Made by a program: the position numbers and the translations under genes. DNA of 64,000 nucleotides from Negaprion brevirostris (Eukaryota): the NCBI GenBank assembly GCA_030324005.1, contig JARDVH010000163.1, forward strand, positions 106,992,864 through 107,056,863, in the 5' to 3' direction. Positions 54,236 through 64,000 of this stretch are shown here, in pieces (the first letter of the stretch is position 1; each line of letters begins with the position of its first letter). The notes under the pieces are model-generated. The model did no database searches. It worked only from the letters and a program-made list of their open reading frames with translations, and had not been told where the DNA came from.

Positions 54236-56244
54236 TTTTTGCTGTACTGCTTGATGAGTTAACTCAATAGAGCACAACTGAAACTTATTTGATAACTTTA
54301 GATTTGAATGACTTAGCAAGAAGTGCACACGCACACACTGACGAAAGGGCATCCAGAAGTGAAACGTTGGCTGTATTCTCTTTCCACAGGTGCTGTCAGA
54401 CCTGATGAGTTTTTCCAGCATTTTCCTGTTTTTGTTTCTGATTCCATCATCCGCAGTTTTTTGTCTTTAACTGATCCTAATATTGATGCAGTTTGTAGTT
54501 GAGTGTGGGGCCTCCCATTGCCCTGACTCCACAAACCACACTTGACCATTGATGGTCATGACAGTGCAGCCTGAACCCTGTTCAATTTCTGGCATCATAA
54601 GTTCAAAATAATTAGAAATATTCTATGACGGATTAAATGTAGTTGAAAACAATGGGGTATGAATTCCTAAAGCTGCGCTAGAAAATCATTGGCTTTGTAT
54701 TCCAGTAATTGGCCTGAACTGCATTCTGCCATGCTATATAGAATTAGTTTAACAATGCTGTGCATGAATTCCATAAATTGCACAGATTTTTTTTCTTGAA
54801 AAATGTGATATTAATACCTCCTGTCTTTTTAATGCCTAATGCAGAGGAATGGGTTAAATTGAACCCAGTTCTTTCACCTCTGGAGACAAATAAAAGATTG
54901 CTTGAAGTCATGGTAATTTTGTAAAATCATCTTGATTTTTGTTTGGAGAATGTGTAAAAGCGTTGTTCTCTTTGTAGCATTTGCCTGGTACCAGCATTAG
55001 AAATCTTTTAAAGGTGCAGAATGACATCACCACGAACAAACTTGATTAAAAAAAAAGTTCAGACCGTGCATTGTTTGAAGTGGAAATGCCAGATTTTTAA
55101 CTGTAGATGTTTAAGATGAGACCTTTTAACAAGACTTTTGATATACACAAAAGTTGAGGCAGATCCTGATCCAATTCCACTGCGTGGGACTGCTTTGCCA
55201 TGGTGGGCCATGGCAGGGATTTATTTCTGTTGCCCAAGGCTTCCACAGAATGAAGTGAAACCAATGTGCATCACTGTTTGTTGACATGTGTTAACAATTT
55301 TACCATTTTTTTTGTTGCTTCAGGGAGGAATTAAATCAGAGGTACACTCTCAGCCATGAAAGCTATAGTTGTATGAGATGTATGTCATTCAGCACTGCCT
55401 CAAAAATGAAATAACTATAATAATGTAATAATGTCTGACAAAAAAATTCCATTGATTTTTCCTTGGTGAAACTTGGTGTTTCAGCATAGCTGTCTACATT
55501 GAATTTGAAACTGGGTGCATTCTCTTTACAGAATGAAAGTGACACTATCAGTAAAGATCACATTTAGTGAATCAGTCAAATAAAAACATATTTATATATT
55601 TTACTTAGATCCTAGATATTGACATCTTTTTTAAATAAAAAAAAGTATACATTTTGCTTTATAAAATATTCCAGCAATTTCACCTCGGACAGTAAGGCAT
55701 CACTTTTTTGAATTAGTTAGCTAGAACCATATGTTTTTAGATTCTATACAACTTCTCTATTTTGGAATGAAGTCTCAATTTCTTATTCATGAGCATTTTT
55801 TTCTGAGATGAAGCCGTAGTATTGTTTTTTTTCAGAAGATGCTAATTGCTTATCCGGACATTGGTGGAGCTTACAACTCTGGTAGGGGTTTAGAAATGAT
55901 GAATGGAATTGGCTGCTTGTTAGGCACCCTGCTTGGTTTTCTTTTCTATTGGCTTCAATGGGCAGAAAGACTGGGTGTGATGCCACTGGGCAGCAAATGC
56001 AATAGCTCTCCAAGTTTCAAATTTTGTCATGGATTTCAGGAAAGAACTATACATTTCATGTTATTTTTGTAACATGGTATTTTTCTGATGTACTTTGATG
56101 TCAGTGTTTCCTGAAGGAAATCTTATTTGTTTCCTTTTTGAGAAGTATTCTATAAAACAAAGCTCAACGCAAGATTTGCAAAATCGGGAGGGCAGTGTGC
56201 AAAATGTTGTATCACTGCAGCATGTAGTGAGATCAACTAGCATC

Positions 56245-56930
56245 AAAGAACCATACAGCACAGGAACAGGCACTTTGGCCCACCAAGCCTGTGCCAATAC
56301 AAGGTTTCTATCCCTCAGTTCACCTCCCGTTCATGTGTCTATCAAGATGCATCCTGAACATTGCTGACTTGCTTGTCTCCAGCACCTCCACTGGCAGTGT
56401 GTTCCAGACACCCACCACCCTCTGTGGAAAAGCTTTCCCTGCATGTCTCCTCCAAACTTAACCCCTCTCACCTTAAACATGTGCCCTCTTTTAGGAGTGG
56501 CATTCAGCCTCTCTGTGGATACAATTTGTTACCCAACCCAGGATCTAGCCCTGGTAAAGTCATTTTTCACCATGGGGAAAAAGCCTGTGACNNNNNNNNN
56601 NNNNNNNNNNNNNNNNNNNNNNNNNNNNNNNNNNNNNNNNNNNNNNNNNNNNNNNNNNNNNNNNNNNNNNNNNNNNNNNNNNNNNNNNNNNGCCTGTGAC
56701 TATCCACTCTACCTATGCCTCTCATGATTTTGTAGATCGCTATCAGGTTGCCCCTCAGCCTCTGTTTTCACTGGAAAGACAATCAGAGTTTCTCCAACTT
56801 CTCCTCATACCTAAAACCCTCCAGGCAAGGCAACATCCTGGTAAACATTCTTTGCACCCTCTTCAAAGTATCCACATCCTTCTGGTAGTGTGACAACCAG
56901 AACTGCATGCATTATTCCAAAAGTAGCCTA
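56245..56930 (-). mobile_element. CR1 LINE 3' portion
   Basis: Reverse-complement CR1 3' end (gaaccatacagcacaggaacaggc...; ccagaactgcatgcattattccaa). Confidence 0.75.
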
Positions 56931-59420
56931 CGTAACAATATTTTGTGCTACAGGCACAGTGATAAATTTCTCAGCAAAATTTTTTTTCTTTTCGCTTTTT
57001 AAATCCTGTGTAAGAAATTTAGTTGCTTTGAGGAAAATTGCTTTGGTCCATGTGGTGAAATAATTATATAGTTCTATTCATTGTGAGGAATGTCAAAAGT
57101 AGCGAGGAATGAGGTTACTACAGCAGATCAATATTGAGCATTGCTTTGGTTATTTCCTCAGCAAATAATCTGGGGGTGATTTAGATTGGTGTATTTATGA
57201 GCGTTTTAGTTGGAGAAGGTGTTGATCTGCATAAAGGGAATCTGTATTTCTTGGATTTTCTTCAGCTAATACATTGCACTGACTGGAAGATATCGCACAT
57301 ATGTCTAAGCAACATGTTTGTTCTGGGGATGACAATTGTACCACAGTAGTGCAAGGTAGTTTCCACTTGGAGTGAGATCTGAGGGTGCTTCTGAATGTCT
57401 GAGTATGCAGTGGCCCCACGGGGAGTATGTTTAAGTGACATCCCGCTTCTCTGTGGGCACAATTTGTTACCCAACTGTTGGAAAGCCAGGATCTAGCCCG
57501 GGTGAAGTCGTTTGTTTAACCCCATGTTGCCCTTTCCCGGGCTACAATTTGAAATTCCAGGTGGAGATTTTTCACTGGGACACTGTGGAGAAAGGGCTTA
57601 CAGACCCACTGGCACTTTGTCACAGTAGCTTCCCTCCAGAAAGTCAGAATCAGGGAAATGATTGAATTTTTCTGTGCATTAGCTGGTCTTATATGAGCAC
57701 TTGTGAAGAAGGGAGTGTGCAGGAGAGTTAGTCAGGTGGCAGTTGCCTCTTGTACCATGCTTTGATTAATGCTGTTGAGTTGCACTGCATAGTAGTGGCA
57801 TTCATTATGAAACATCAGAAGGATAATGGTTCCATTTCATGCATACTTTTGACTCTGTTACTGTCTTGCGACCTCTGTCAAAGTCCTGGAACTGTTGAAT
57901 TAGTATCTGGCTGGGTAGCAGTCGATACATGCTAAGCGGCAGGAAGAGTACATTATCTTTTCATTGTTCTCATGCAGTGCGAGGGAGAGGCTGTACCACC
58001 ACATGGGGTTTTAGAAATGACTGCATGGCCAGAATCGAAATGATCAAATGAAACATGAAATATTTGCCAGTACTCAATGCTGTTGTCCATTTACTTCATG
58101 ACAGTCAATTTTTTTTTTTTACGATGACAAATAAAAGATTTAGCACAGTGAATTCCCAAAGTTCAGAAAAGACACTATTAGACAGTGACTGTGTATAGTC
58201 CAAAACCCTTGAAATAATGGGTGGAATTTAGTTGTTGTTGTTGTCAACCGAGTGTTTGGCAGCACTGCCTCCCCTTCCTAGTTGATCATTTTTCTCACTG
58301 TTTGTTTTCCACAGCTAAAACCAAAAAGTAATTAACGCATGAAAGCATTTTGACATCTTTTGATGCTCGGTTCTGTTGTTATGTGAATTTCTAGGGGTAG
58401 TTTCCACTTGAGCAGAATTGGGAAATTGCATGGAAATGATGCTGGCTGGGTTGTTCTTCAACTTTCTGCTAAAATGCACTTCTATAGCCACAAACGTGAA
58501 ATATTCCATGAAACAACTTAATCACATGCAATTGTTTATTTTTTCTGCTTTAAACATTTTGATGCATTTAACTGGTGTAGTCTTATTCATACATTATTCA
58601 TATAGCTAAAATTGGACGAATCACAAAATTCTTTGGTTAAGAAATTAAACGAGATCTCCTTTTCCTGTTGTAGTAGCTCAGTGGGACAGCCAAGTGCCAA
58701 TGCTACTTTCTGAAGCACGGCAGGGAGCTGCTCCTCTTCTGCTTGCCAACATTTCTTCCTCAACCAAAAGAGAATAACTTCAAATATAACATGACTTTTT
58801 GCCTTGGACCGCCCCAAAGCATTTTACAGTCAACAAATTATTTTGAGGTGTGGTCGCTATTGTTATGTGGGTACTGTGACAGCTAATGTATGCTCAGCTC
58901 AGCAAGAATCCACCAACAACAATGAAGTAAATAGTTAGATTTGTTTTTGTGATGTTAGTTGAAGGACAAGTATTGGTTGGGTCATTAGGGGAAGGAAGAA
59001 AGTGATGGAGATTAAGCCCAGGTAAAAATGTTGCTCTACTAAAATTAAGAGATACAAACAAAACACAGAAAACACCAGTTAAAAATTTAGAAGAACAATA
59101 GCCAAGGAGTAGTGTTTCCTCGAGTTTTTTTCAGTGTGATAGGATGAAATCAGCCAAACTAGCACAAAAGATCACAGAATTGCTAATCACTTCAAGTGCA
59201 AAGTGAGTTTATACAATTTTTATCACCATTTTAAAAAAACTTCGCAAGAAGCCATCTCCTTGCAAAACATGACCATGTTCCCAGTTATAAAAATAATGGA
59301 GAATGCAGAGTTTCCACCTATAGTACCTGTTTGCATTTGTTCCTTCAAATTGAGTTTGTTTTTCTTAACCACACAAGCACTAGCAGGCTTGCTTCAAAGC
59401 TCCCATATAATAAAGATATT

Positions 59421-59468
59421 GAATGTAGGAATATGAAGAATGTAGGAATATGAAGAATGTAGGAATAT
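59421..59468 (+). repeat. Tandem repeat of a 17-bp unit (gaatgtaggaatatgaa), nearly three copies
   Basis: Directly visible at the 5' edge of the TPR-derived block. Confidence 0.9.
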
Positions 59469-60370
59469 CAAAGGCAGTGTGAAGAATTAGGCTTTGTGAA
59501 AAATTAGGCTCTGAAGAAAAGAATGATTAGTGGAGAGAGCCAGCCTTCATGTATGAAAAGTGAATTTTCTAATGAAAATTGAGATCTGGTGAGTGTCAGT
59601 CACAGGAAATAAAACACGTGAATGAGGAATTGAAATGTCTAAATGATAAACTTATGGAAGCAAATTCAACAAAAATAGACCTTCAAGTAAAATGTAATGA
59701 ACTTCAAGTATGAGAACTCTCCGTTAACAGTTGTGGAAAAAAAAACTTGAACAGGAAAATGAATTTCTGTTGAAGCAAAATTGCTGTTTGAATGTAGAAT
59801 TTATAAACCACAGAATCACAATATTGTTATAGTGCAGGAAGAGCACATTTGACCAATATGTACACATTAGCTCTCCAAATGAGCATCACGACTTAGTGCC
59901 ATTCCCTGTCATCTCCCTGTACCCAGCACATTTATTCAAATAATCATCTAATACCCTCTTGAATACCAAGCCTGATGAACTGTTGGCACTGCATTGTGAA
60001 AAAAAGCTGCGAGATTCTTGACCTTTGATGCAATCTGAAGAAAGTGAAAGATGAAAGATGGAAGAGCAAGTCAACCAGATATTAAAGCAGATGAGAAAAA
60101 TTAAAAGAAACAAATGCCAAACCTGATGAGTGAATTGAAAGAGTCAAAGAAACATTAAGTAATCATGGAAGAAAGTTTCCAAGATGATCTCCAAGATGAT
60201 CTAAATGCCCAGGTGAAGTTGCTAAGCTTGCATAAGGGTTCAGCAGATAACATTGAACTCACCAGAGTAATTGCTAAGTTGAATGAAAACTATTAATAAG
60301 CTTGGAAGAGAACCGGAAAATGAGAGTGTAAATGAATATTTAGGCAACATTGTAAAAGAAAAGGAAATGA
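59460..60370 (+). pseudogene. TPR: Intronless decayed copy of the nucleoprotein TPR N-terminal coiled coil, interrupted by a CR1 3' fragment at about 59805-59964
   Basis: Collinear translated blocks SQEIKHVNEELKCLNDKLMEANSTKIDLQVKCNELQV*ELSV, KLEQENEFLLKQNCCLNVEF, TKPDELLALHCEK..CEILDL*CNL and MEESFQDDL..NAQVKLLSLHKGSAD..ELTRVI match recalled TPR ([110 protein letters not shown]). Stops and frameshifts present, no introns. Confidence 0.82.
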
Positions 60371-60464
60371 AGGTTTCATTTTTCAAGCATCAGTGGGAAG
60401 AATATGAACTTATGACCTTACTGTGTCTTTGCGAAATGCATTTTGTGTCAATTTTCTTGTGCAG

Positions 60465-60955
60465 GAATCAACTAAGTTCAGTCTATTTGAATTGATTTTT
60501 GGTCATGAGGTAAGAGGACCACTTAAGTTGGTGATGAAGAAATTGTGAGCCAGCGTTCTGAGAATGCATTGTTAGACTAAATAGAGCTGGTGGGTTGACT
60601 CGAAGCGCAAAGTGATGAAACAGGAAGCAGATAAGAAAGCAAAAATTTTTAGTTTTGCTAATGGGGATAAAGTATTAGTGTTACTACCAGTGGTGGGTGA
60701 ACCTGTAAAAGCAAAGTTTATCAAATTGAAAGGAATTTGAGTGAGGTGAATTATTTGATGATATCGCCAGATAGAAGGAGAACTCCGTGAATCATTTGGA
60801 TATGCTCAAATGGCATTTTGATAGGGAAGCAAAGCAGAAGGAGGATGTGTTGGTAGTTACAACTCAAGGTCCAAATCCAGATGATTCTGAATTTGACATT
60901 TGTCAGATTCAATTGGATAATGAAGACATTATCAGAAATTGGAATACATTGTTGA
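60465..60955 (+). mobile_element. Gypsy (Gmr1-like) integrase C-terminal fragment
   Basis: Translated motifs ESTKFSLFELIFGHEVRGPLKL, MKQEADKKAK..FANGDKVLVLLPVVGEPVKAKF and LSEVNYLMISPDRRR..HLDMLKWHFDRE are typical Ty3/Gypsy integrase and GPY/F tail motifs. Confidence 0.8.
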
Positions 60956-61055
60956 NNNNNNNNNNNNNNNNNNNNNNNNNNNNNNNNNNNNNNNNNNNNN
61001 NNNNNNNNNNNNNNNNNNNNNNNNNNNNNNNNNNNNNNNNNNNNNNNNNNNNNNN

Positions 61056-61162
61056 TTCTTCTCAAGATGCCTCGCTATTTTCTCCTTGATGACGGATTCA
61101 AGCATTTTTCCTACAACAGACGTTAAACTAACTGGCCTAGACGTTAAACTAACCGGCCTGAA
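61056..61162 (-). mobile_element. Young CR1 fragment with a 21-bp internal duplication
   Basis: RPVSLTS-RPVSLTSVVGKMLESVIKEKI; same subfamily as 38272-38391. Confidence 0.8.
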
Positions 61163-61269
61163 AGTTGTTAAAATTACATGGAGAGACATGTGAGAATGAA
61201 CTGAAGTACTAAAATAATTGTGCATGAGCTAGTTGTAGGAAATGCTATCCCAATTTAGTGATGTCTGTA

Positions 61270-61620
61270 TAGATTTAATGCTCTCAAGTTGACACAGGTT
61301 CAGAGGGAGAAGCTGATAGTTGCTCAGTCTGAGAAACAGCAGCTGAAAGTCTTGATACACCATGTAAAACTGGTGAAGGTGGAGGAGAACCAGTTACTAG
61401 ACAGTGATGTGAATAAGGAAAATGAGCAGGTGCGAAGATGGTGCAAAAAAGGCTGACCAATTTGAACCCTGTACTTGTTGTTGAAATGACCTGAGCATAA
61501 ATTACAGAATTGTCAAAAACAGCTCATCATCTGTGCAAAGAAAAATGCAGATGAAACGACAGTCGTATGTGATCTCAAATGAAGATTGAGGAGCAGAAGT
61601 ACTTTATTGCAGACAAAAGA
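61270..61620 (+). pseudogene. Probable further decayed TPR-like coiled-coil fragment
   Basis: Translation EKLIVAQSEKQQLK...LVKVEENQLL weakly resembles TPR mid-region [28 protein letters not shown]; same strand and order as the upstream block. Confidence 0.4.
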
Positions 61621-62154
61621 CAAGGACAACACTGTGAAATTAGGTTGTATGCTGAAACTGTACCATCATTCGAAATGAACTGCTGGGATAATGGATCTGT
61701 ACTGCTTGCACTGATGTGGACACCCAGTGGAACAGTGCTGTTCAGAGCTGGAGTTTGAGTAAATTTTGATGGTTTTGGCAACTGCATAACTGCCACTGTG
61801 ATCTTTGGAACCATGATTGCAGTGGGCTTTGACACCAATGAAGATGATCTGTTGCGTGTCTGCCAAAGGGCGTGCAGAAAGTGATGGTGGAGATCCAGAG
61901 CAAACAAAGGAGTTGGACTGCCTGACAGAAGAATTAAGGCCAATTGACAAGACAGAGGACAGAGATAAAGTGACCCTTCTGAATGGCCCTGACTACACAC
62001 GTGTGAAGTTTTACCCTACTGATCCTGCCTAACTCTTTGAGGACATCACTAAAACTGATTTATAATTATAATGATGAAATTGTCCTCGAACTTGGATTCA
62101 AAGCAGGATTAAGGACTGAAGGAGAACTTTGGTGAGGAATGAGGAAGGAGCTGA

Positions 62155-62846
62155 ACAATATCATTGTGTCAAGAAAAGAAAGAAGAAGGAATGCTTGTCA
62201 TTGGAAGACAAGGACTGAACTGACTATGCTACTGTTATGTTTGCATACTTCGATTTTGCAAAATGATTATTTATCTATTGTAGAGTATTAATAGTGTGAA
62301 ACTAGAAATATTTGAAAAATGAAGCCATAAAGTCATATAATCATAAAACCATACAGTGCAGAAGAGGCCCTTTGGCCCATCGAGTCTGCCCCAACACATT
62401 AGAAACACCTGAACTTGCACCGAATTATATCTGCTGGCACTTGACCCATAGGTCTGAATATTATGATGTGCCAAGTGCTCACCCAGATACTTTTTAAAGG
62501 ATGTGAGGCAATCCGCCTCTACCACTCTCTCAGGCAACACATTCCAGACCATTGTCCCCCTCTGGGTAAAAAAGATTTTCCTCACATGACCTCTAAACCT
62601 CGTGCCCCTCACCTTGAACCTATGTCCACTCATGACTGACCCTTCAACTAAGGGAACAGCAGCTCCTTATCCACTCTGTCCTCATAATCTTGTACACCTT
62701 GATCAGGTTGCCCCTCAGTCTTCTTTGCTTCAATGAAAACAACCCAAACCTACCTAACCTCTCTTCATAACTTAAATGTTCCATCCCAGGCAGTGTCCTG
62801 GTGTGTCTCCTTTCAATTTTGATGTTTTTTTTTGTCTTAAGGGGGA
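62155..62846 (+). mobile_element. Second, diverged copy of the same Gypsy 3' terminus, split by a minus-strand CR1 insertion (about 62330-62805)
   Basis: ggactgaa..gactat.ctactgttatgtttgcat and aaaaatgaagc.at are shared with 63680-63770; after the CR1 it resumes with ctttcaattttgatg-T-run-gtcttaaggggga (PPT-like). Confidence 0.55.
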
Positions 62847-63591
62847 TACGTATGATGATATTGTGTCCTCCAACTCACTGACCATCCTGACTTGGAAATG
62901 TATTGCTGATCCTTCACTATTGCTGGGTCAAAATCCTGGAACTCCCCCCCTAACAGCACTGTGGGTGAACCTACACCTCAGGGATTCCAGGAGCTCAAGA
63001 AGGTAGCTTGCCACCATCTTCTCAAGGGCAATAAAGGATAGGCAATAAATGCTGATCCAGCCAGTGATGCCAACATCCTTAAATGAACAAATAAAAATAA
63101 TCCGCCTGTAAGAGTTGGTTCTTTGTGGCTTATGGTCACAAAGGGCCTGCCAGAACTCCAAAACCTCACTCAAGTGATCATCCAGCTACTTATCCTCACC
63201 TGAGAGCTGACCTTCATATTCCATCAGAATGTGAATATTTGGTCACCAAACATTGAACAAGTGTTTGAACCTTGGATGGTTTCTTTTTCCCCCATTCCTG
63301 TGGGCAGTCAAGCAACAACACAACAACTCTGGTTTTTACAATTTAGGGCTCAATGATAAAGACAAAATACTGTGGAATCTGAAACAAAAACAGAAAATGC
63401 TGGAAAACCCCAGCAGGTCTGACAACAACAATGGAGAAAGAAGAGAGCTAACGTTTCAAGTCTGGATGACTCTTGGTCAGAGCTCCCTGGANNNNNNNNN
63501 NNNNNNNNNNNNNNNNNNNNNNNNNNNNNNNNNNNNNNNNNNNNNNNNNNNNNNNNNNNNNNNNNNNNNNNNNNNNNNNNNNNNNNNNNNN

Positions 63592-64000
63592 CAATAGTGG
63601 TGTTGAGAAAAGAAGAAAAAGAGAACATGATGGCCAATGCTTTATCACAACTTGAACACCATGTTCAATGGTGGAAGAAGAGGACTGAAACTGGACTATA
63701 CTACTGTTATGTTTGCATGTTTGATTTTAATAAAATGTGTACTAGATGTTTGTAAAAAATGAAGCTATCTTTGATGGTTTGATGGTTTTTTCATTGAGGG
63801 GAAGTGTAACAGTACCGTGCATTTAAGAAATGTATTTTGTCTTTTTTTTTGTGCAGGGTTTTTTTAAAGCAGTCTGTTCTGTTCATCCAGTACTGCTTTG
63901 TCTATAATCGGCAGCCTATGTTCATACTGCAGAACGATAATTGATCCAAAATGCTAAATTGTTTGTTTTAATCTGGACTAATATAGTTCTATTATTTTAG
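63592..64000 (+). mobile_element. Gypsy pol end, 3' UTR, polypurine tract and start of a 3' LTR (TGTAACAG..., about 63805 onward)
   Basis: ENMMANALSQ resembles the RNaseH-end NVIADALSR motif, which is terminal in Gmr1-order pol. PPT ttttttcattgaggggaag is directly followed by TG. Confidence 0.6.

Noticed and set aside
55839-56072. Hydrophobic ORF considered as a further SLC6 exon
   Set aside because: No match to the adjacent SLC6 motifs (NSGTSFVAGF, FVCVESLVT).
59421-59468. Short direct repeats considered as a CRISPR-like array
   Set aside because: Spacer-less tandem slippage repeat in vertebrate DNA.
63960-64000. Window ends in ...attattttag, resembling the acceptor for the next ERC2 exon (VDALRLRLEE...)
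   Set aside because: It lies about 200 bp into a probable LTR, and the downstream sequence is not visible, so it cannot be supported.

Overview
This is a vertebrate genomic window. The repeat content (HE1-like tRNA SINEs, CR1 LINEs, Penelope elements) points to a shark or other cartilaginous fish, and the many 10-N and 100-N gaps indicate a draft assembly. The window lies inside a large + strand gene, ERC2 (CAST1, ELKS family): two coding exons are visible (14343-14498 and 27623-27790) and the rest is mostly repeat-rich intron. Two things are unexpected. First, an isolated, intact 113-nt SLC6A11/GAT3-type transporter exon with its own splice sites lies on the same strand (47984-48096) and would act as a poison exon if spliced into ERC2. 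Second, a mosaic at about 59.4-64 kb interleaves an intronless, decayed copy of the nucleoporin TPR N-terminus with Gmr1-like Gypsy integrase, RNaseH-end, PPT and LTR pieces, suggesting host mRNA capture. Also present are a gag-pro Gypsy element with a TSD nested in a CR1, a Tigger/pogo remnant, Penelope-derived hairpins with hammerhead ribozyme cores, and tandem Tx1 3' ends. Homology calls come from manual translation compared with recalled reference sequences, not from database searches.
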